DNA from: Deinococcales bacterium
GTDB lineage: Bacteria; Deinococcota; Deinococci; Deinococcales; JAAFIG01
Assembly (NCBI GenBank): GCA_043778225.1
Contig: JAYWGM010000057.1
Coordinates: 1 to 20,891 of the forward strand
Reading direction: 5' to 3'
Length of the DNA: 20,891 nt
In this document: piece after piece, positions 16,798-20,891 of the stretch
Layout: every line of letters begins with the position of its first letter
Position numbering within the stretch: the stretch's first letter is position 1
Made by a program: the position numbers and the translations under genes
The notes under the pieces: model-generated
The model's input: only the letters and a program-made list of their open reading frames with translations
What the model was told of the DNA's origin: nothing
Database searches by the model: none

Positions 16798-17721
16798 TCC
16801 CGTAATAGCTTTTATTTGCGCTAACGTTAGCCCTGCGGCTTTTGAATTCCTTGCTATCTCAAGTTTAGCTTCTAATTTTCCTTCTTCACGCCCTCGAGCC
16901 TCCCCTCGAGCCTCCCCTCGAGCTTCCCCTCGAGCCTCCCCTCGAGCCTCCCCAATTGCCTCCGCTTCTTCCACTGCTGTTTTTAGCGTTGCATAATTAT
17001 CGCGCAGGATTTTAAGACTCTGCTGGTAGCTTTCTCGCTCTTTTGGCTCGAGATTGGCGAGTTTAGCTGTTTCAAACGCATTGGTAAACACTTCATCTTT
17101 AAGAAGTTCTGGAATACTTTGTAAATCCTCTAAATTCTTAATAAAATACAACCACTTATCAAGTCATGTTTCTAACTCCTCGAGACGCTTATTAAAATTT
17201 GGAATCTCGAGGTAAATCAGGCTTAACTTGTCACAGAAAACCAAGTTATTCTGGTCTTTAAGTTCAACCAAGTGAACCACTTGTTTAGCACCCACTTTAT
17301 CATCATCAAAAGTAAATCCCAGAACACCAATGCAGTAAACTGGCTCGAGACGATAATCCCAATCCCCTTTCTTAGCCTGCTCCTGAATCGGAAACGTAGC
17401 GTAAAAAAGAGTTCTGTCCTTAAAAAAGTTTTGCTTGAGTTTTTGCAATTCAACAATAAAGTATTCCCCATTCAAACCTTGACAGTAAATATCATAAATC
17501 GCTTTACGATCATTTTCGCCTTTTGGTAATTGCTCTGGGTTCTTAAAACTCAAATCTTTTATTTGGGCGACTGCTGGTAATAACGAATTCAGGAAGTCAA
17601 TTAAGTGTGGTTTACTGGCTTCTTGTCTTGACCCCAAAACGCCACCTGACGGGGCTGGGTCGCCACCAAAGATTTTTTTGAATCCAAAATCTGTGAATGG
17701 ATTAACGAAGGTGTTTGCCAT
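16759..17721 (-). pseudogene. Rpn family recombination-promoting nuclease / PD-(D/E)XK putative transposase with one in-frame TGA
   Basis: NPFTDFGFKKIFG, YDIYC, FIVELQK, DRTLFY, YLEIPNF, DKWLYFIKN, EIARN..I..ITGLS. The track ORFs 17164-17721 and 16759-17151 share one frame: ELET-TGA(17166..17164)-LDKWLYF. Confidence 0.9.
16891..16950. repeat. 12-bp coding tandem repeat x5 (EARG), each unit containing CTCGAG
   Basis: CCCTCGAGCCTC units at 16891, 16903, 16915, 16927 and 16939. Confidence 0.95.
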
Positions 17722-17965
17722 GATGCAAATAGTAGCAAAGCAAATCTTTTTTTCCTAGAGTAAAAATGAACTTTGGATTCTCGAGTTAGCCGAACGCATC
17801 CGCAAAAAACGCCAAACTTAACACAATCACACTCAAATTACATGACTAAACCACACGCCTAGTTTTCTTGGTGGGCTGTTGGTGGGTAGTGGTTTGCTAC
17901 TCTCATCATGCACATTAAAACAACACGGTAATTGAATCAAACCAAGCAGCAAAAGGAGCGCATAA

Positions 17966-18460
17966 ATGCCCAAATGGATAGCCCAAACCAATGTAGACGC
18001 ATTTTACGGCAACCCTCGCGGACGCAACGGAAGTGCCTCACCCACATGGGAACGCGAAAACCTAATCATCATCCCAGCCCCTTGGAAACTGGTTACATCA
18101 TAGGACGGAACACTGGTGCGTGGCATTCGGATTCACAAAAAATGCGCGGATAGCCTAAGCACTGTCCTCGAGAGCATCTGGCAAGCCTCAGGCAGAAAAG
18201 AACAACAAATCCGAGTTTGGGGAATGCACTTATTTGGCGGGGCTTACAACTATAGGTTAATGCGCGGGGTGAACCAATTATCCATGCATGCATGGGGTTG
18301 TGCGGTGGACTTTGACCCAGCCAAGAATGGTTTTGGGGATAGTACGCCAGCTTTTGAGCAGCATAAGCCTGTACTCGAGGTATTTGCCGATGAGGGTTGG
18401 ACATGGGGAGGGAAATGGAGCAACCTAGACGGAATGCACTGGCAAGCGGCGGATGTGTAA
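17966..18460 (+). pseudogene. M15 family metallopeptidase (D-Ala-D-Ala carboxypeptidase / L-Ala-D-Glu peptidase-like) with one in-frame TAG
   Basis: RBS AAAGGAG then ATG 17966: MPKWIAQTNVDAFYGNPRG...PWKLVTS-TAG(18101)-DGTLVRGIRIHKKC, in frame with track ORF 18116. Zn motifs SMHAWGCAVD and WGGKW...DGMHWQ are present. Confidence 0.88.
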
Positions 18461-18466
18461 AGCCGC

Positions 18467-18501
18467 CTCGAGCCTAAGCGCGTCTGGCTCGAGAAATTTT
18501 T
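18467..18501 (+). terminator. Hairpin built from two CTCGAG sites after the M15 gene
   Basis: CTCGAGCC-N11-GGCTCGAG, then AAATTTTT. Confidence 0.5.
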
Positions 18502-18503
18502 GG

Positions 18504-18538
18504 TGTTTACGGCTTGTTTACGGTCTGGTTTGTAAGCT
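18504..18538 (+). promoter_or_regulatory. Direct-repeat activator box plus -10 (copy 2)
   Basis: TGTTTACG at 18504 and 18515; TAAGCT at 18533, the same geometry as 13071-13105. Confidence 0.7.
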
Positions 18539-18567
18539 GTTCTGACTCGAGCAAAGGAGCGGCAAAC

Positions 18568-18648
18568 ATGAACGCGAATGAAGGGTTAAATCGGGTTTTG
18601 GTCATTAAACTGCTTTCTAAGGTACTAAGAAAATTATCTAAAATTTAA
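18568..18648 (+). CDS. Putative 26-aa cationic amphipathic peptide
   Basis: RBS AAAGGAG 8 nt before ATG; MNANEGLNRVLVIKLLSKVLRKLSKI*; downstream of promoter copy 2. Confidence 0.45.
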   Translation: MNANEGLNRVLVIKLLSKVLRKLSKI

Positions 18649-18685
18649 CTCAAATAAATTGTGTTCAAAAGCCCTTCATGTTCAC

Positions 18686-18742
18686 CTGAATTTTTTCAGC
18701 TTTTTTTCAAGGCAAATTCAACCCCGACCTGAAAAAATTCAG
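18686..18742. promoter_or_regulatory. Pair of CTGAA-N4-TTCAG palindromes (14-bp inverted repeat)
   Basis: CTGAATTTTTTCAG (18686-18699) and CTGAAAAAATTCAG (18729-18742) are exact reverse complements. Confidence 0.5.
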
Positions 18743-18834
18743 ACCATGGAAAATCTCGAGGGTCAAACGGTGTGGTCAGGGTTCACAAAAAATTAGGTAT
18801 TACGACTCGAGACAACTCGAGCAAAAGGGGAAGT

Positions 18835-19818
18835 ATGAAAAAAACATTTTGGAAATTCGGTATGGTCACAACAATTTTGGCAGGATTACTCACAGCTTGC
18901 CCAACACCAGTACCACCAGCACCAGTGGTCAGCAGCATAACCGTAACAGGCGCACCAAGCGACAACAATATCAAAATGAACGTACCAGTACCACTAACCG
19001 CAAGCGCCTTAGATTCAAGCGGCACAGCCATAGCAGGAGCAACCTTTACTTGGGTCTCGAGTAACCCCGATGCGGTCAGTGTAGACGCGGCAGGAGTGGT
19101 CACAGCTAAGAAATTTGGTGCCGCAATTATTACTGCGAGTTCGGGTGGTATTTCAGGAGCGACAGCCAGTCAAACAACCTATGGTCTCGAGGCAACTTTT
19201 GGGACTTGGGCAACTGGTACAAATTCTGCATATGGGACAAACCATCTTTATCGCTTTCGCCTAAAAACTGGACAAGCTATTCCAGTACAAACCAGTCTTA
19301 GCTTTAGTACAACTGGACCGACCGGGTGGAACAATAACATTGCAAGTGTGACAAGCTGTGAAACCGGGACTGTGACATTAAATAGCTTGGGCTGTACTCG
19401 AACACTGGCGATTGCTCCAGTGTCAGGTAACTATCAGATGAGTGTGACATATAATAATGAAACTTTTGTTAGTCAATCTGTAGCTGTAGACATCACCGCG
19501 CCAGCCCTGGATCGTTTGGTAATTACCATAACTCAAGCCTCGATAAATGCTGTTTCTGCGACTTGGACAAGCGTAGCAGGGGCGCAGGTTTACTATATGA
19601 GGGTTCTAAATAACACTGACCAAACTTCGGATAAATCATCGCCTTGGCTAACCACAACTGGTGCAACCATTTCTGGTTTAGCGCTGGATACGACAAAAAA
19701 TCCAAGTATTTTTGTATATGGGTACAATTTTGATGCTAGAAATATCGGTACTATCACGTTTCCTGCAAATTCGAGAATGGTAAATCAAGGCAAAGCAATC
19801 ACCATTCCCACACCATAA
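18835..19818 (+). CDS. Lipoprotein with Ig-like (Big_2) domain and FN3-like C-terminus
   Basis: MKK start, lipobox LTAC; Big_2 pattern FTWVSSNPDAVSVDAAGVVTAKKFGAAIITAS; FN3-like ATWTSVAGAQVYYMRV. Start moved to ATG 18835 (AGGGG RBS). Confidence 0.85.
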   Translation: MKKTFWKFGMVTTILAGLLTACPTPVPPAPVVSSITVTGAPSDNNIKMNVPVPLTASALDSSGTAIAGATFTWVSSNPDAVSVDAAGVVTAKKFGAAIITASSGGISGATASQTTYGLEATFGTWATGTNSAYGTNHLYRFRLKTGQAIPVQTSLSFSTTGPTGWNNNIASVTSCETGTVTLNSLGCTRTLAIAPVSGNYQMSVTYNNETFVSQSVAVDITAPALDRLVITITQASINAVSATWTSVAGAQVYYMRVLNNTDQTSDKSSPWLTTTGATISGLALDTTKNPSIFVYGYNFDARNIGTITFPANSRMVNQGKAITIPTP

Positions 19819-19920
19819 TTGTATGAAATGAGGTTTCACTTCTCTTACAAAATGCCTGAACTACTGTGGGCGTGAGTGTAATGACCTTGCGCCTTCCACA
19901 AACTCAATAAATTCTCGAGG

Positions 19921-19954
19921 CATTTAAGGCTTGTTTGCGACTAAGTTTTAGGCT
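19921..19954 (+). promoter_or_regulatory. Degenerate direct-repeat box plus -10 (copy 3)
   Basis: CATTTAAG-GCT-TGTTTGCG-N9-TAGGCT, then CTCGAG and AAAGGAG as in copy 2. Confidence 0.45.
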
Positions 19955-19982
19955 GCCTCGAGACACCCCAAAGGAGAAAATT

Positions 19983-20201
19983 ATGAAAATTCAATATGGT
20001 TTATTAAACGTAGTGGGTACAACTTGGGCTTTTACTTTCCATGCCAACGGCAAAGTCCTCAATCAGCCAATGCCAAATGGTTTGAGTACGCTTGATATTT
20101 TGGATCAACTCGGTAGTAACGGCTGGGAACTCTGCGACAAAAATAATTTTGTACCACCTATCACAAGTCCTGATGAATGGGTTTTCTTACGGCGTTTATA
20201 G
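19983..20201 (+). CDS. Small protein, DUF4177-like (72 aa)
   Basis: RBS AAGGAG; ILDQLGSNGWEL...WVFLRR resembles the LN.LG..GWELV...FKR pattern. Confidence 0.7.
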   Translation: MKIQYGLLNVVGTTWAFTFHANGKVLNQPMPNGLSTLDILDQLGSNGWELCDKNNFVPPITSPDEWVFLRRL

Positions 20202-20260
20202 CCAAGTTCTAAACGTTCTATGCGGCGTTACTCAAGAATGCTTCAAGCCCATCATCTCGA

Positions 20261-20288
20261 GCCACCCGCTTATGCTCTAGCGGGTGGC
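20261..20288. terminator. Strong 10-bp hairpin
   Basis: GCCACCCGCT-N8-AGCGGGTGGC perfect inverted repeat, no clean U-tract. Confidence 0.55.
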
Positions 20289-20316
20289 AAATTATTCAAC
20301 ACACAAGGCGGTTTTT

Positions 20317-20754
20317 ATGCAGCGTTTAACCCTGATGGCTTTACTCGGCTTTTTCGCCTATTTTTTGCTGGCGTGCGCTCCTGCCGCCACTTCCGACGAC
20401 AATGCAGACTTGAATAATCTCGAGAATTTAGTTTGGAAAACCACTCGTGTTGAAGCAAGCCGCGTGGTTTTAGCACAGGTTCGTTCTTTTGATCTGCTCT
20501 TTGCCAATGCTTCCGAACGAGAAATCAGTAAAACTCTACTCGAAATTGTGGCTCGAGCCGAGGCGTACAAGGATACAAACGGTAAACTCTACCAACCAAG
20601 TATTTTAATCTCGAGCCAAGGCAATAACGTGGTGCTTACTTTTGCAGATTTGGTCGCCGAAACACCAGATTTAGAACAGAATGTCTTATCCAGTCGGCTG
20701 TTCAAATCGGTTATCAAAGCAATGGATGCTGTGTTTACTCGAGGAAAATTATAA
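20317..20754 (+). CDS. Lipoprotein, unknown function
   Basis: MQRLTLMALLGFFAYFLLAC signal with lipobox LLAC; start at ATG 20317. Confidence 0.8.
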   Translation: MQRLTLMALLGFFAYFLLACAPAATSDDNADLNNLENLVWKTTRVEASRVVLAQVRSFDLLFANASEREISKTLLEIVARAEAYKDTNGKLYQPSILISSQGNNVVLTFADLVAETPDLEQNVLSSRLFKSVIKAMDAVFTRGKL

Positions 20755-20788
20755 ATCATCACTATTGGCTACTCTCGCGCTTATACTT

Positions 20789-20814
20789 AAAAACCCCACC
20801 TTTTCAAGTGGGGT
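20789..20814 (-). terminator. Hairpin with minus-strand U-tract (likely terminator of a gene beyond the window)
   Basis: AAAA-ACCCCAC-N8-GTGGGGT. Confidence 0.5.
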
Positions 20815-20891
20815 GTAGCCTCTCTAAAATTGCTTAATTTCCACTTTGTAACATCGCCCCTAAACTCGTTCCGCCATCTCGAGGAATTAAA

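Larger units (their letters stand above)
16697..17805. mobile_element. ~1.07-kb cassette carrying only the Rpn gene, bounded by 40-bp direct repeats
   Basis: ATGAACTTCGGATTCTCGAGTTAGCTGAACGTATCCGCAA (16697-16736) vs ATGAACTTTGGATTCTCGAGTTAGCCGAACGCATCCGCAA (17766-17805), 37/40 identical. Confidence 0.6.

Noticed and set aside
17164..18103. Alternative genetic code or selenocysteine/pyrrolysine readthrough
   Set aside because: Two different stop codons are involved, both are single transitions from plausible sense codons, and TAG/TGA terminate other genes normally.
19865..19899. Imperfect stem-loop after the lipoprotein as a possible ncRNA or riboswitch
   Set aside because: Short G-U-rich hairpin with no recognisable family motif.
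20789..20820. IS200/IS605 right-end-like hairpin
   Set aside because: Only a loose resemblance, with no tnpA/tnpB in view; a terminator explains it.
20834..20890. Possible 3' end of a minus-strand gene (LIPRDGGTSLGAMLQSGN*)
   Set aside because: Too short to establish frame or identity within the window.

Overview
Chromosomal window of a moderate-GC bacterium, most likely Deinococcota. This is inferred from the gene families and from TANNNT boxes 6-7 nt before many start codons, a leaderless-type arrangement. The left ~13 kb holds a nitroreductase (partial), a small membrane protein, an OmpR/HisKA two-component pair, a small outer-membrane beta-barrel, a class I/II aminotransferase, a GNAT, a C-protein-like XRE regulator, an ABC-2 exporter (ATPase plus two permeases), a GAF/HisKA_3 kinase, a solo antitoxin-like ORF, a TrmJ-type SPOUT methyltransferase and an S41 peptidase. 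The right ~8 kb is accessory. It holds an AfsR/SARP-like wHTH-BTAD-STAND-TPR regulator, an Rpn/PD-(D/E)XK gene with an in-frame TGA inside 40-bp direct repeats, an M15 peptidase with an in-frame TAG, two lipoproteins and several small unknown ORFs. Four signals stand out. (1) The palindrome CTCGAG occurs about 140 times by hand count versus about 5 expected, in all three reading frames and inside repeats and hairpins, like a HIP element. (2) A recurring promoter architecture, TGTTTACG-N3-TGTTTACG-N9/10-TARGCT, precedes three small unknown ORFs around the STAND regulator. (3) Short tandem duplications sit exactly on gene junctions or starts. (4) Nested direct-repeat-bounded insertions lie around the Rpn gene. 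No rRNA, tRNA or CRISPR array was seen. All family calls come from motif recognition, not database searches.
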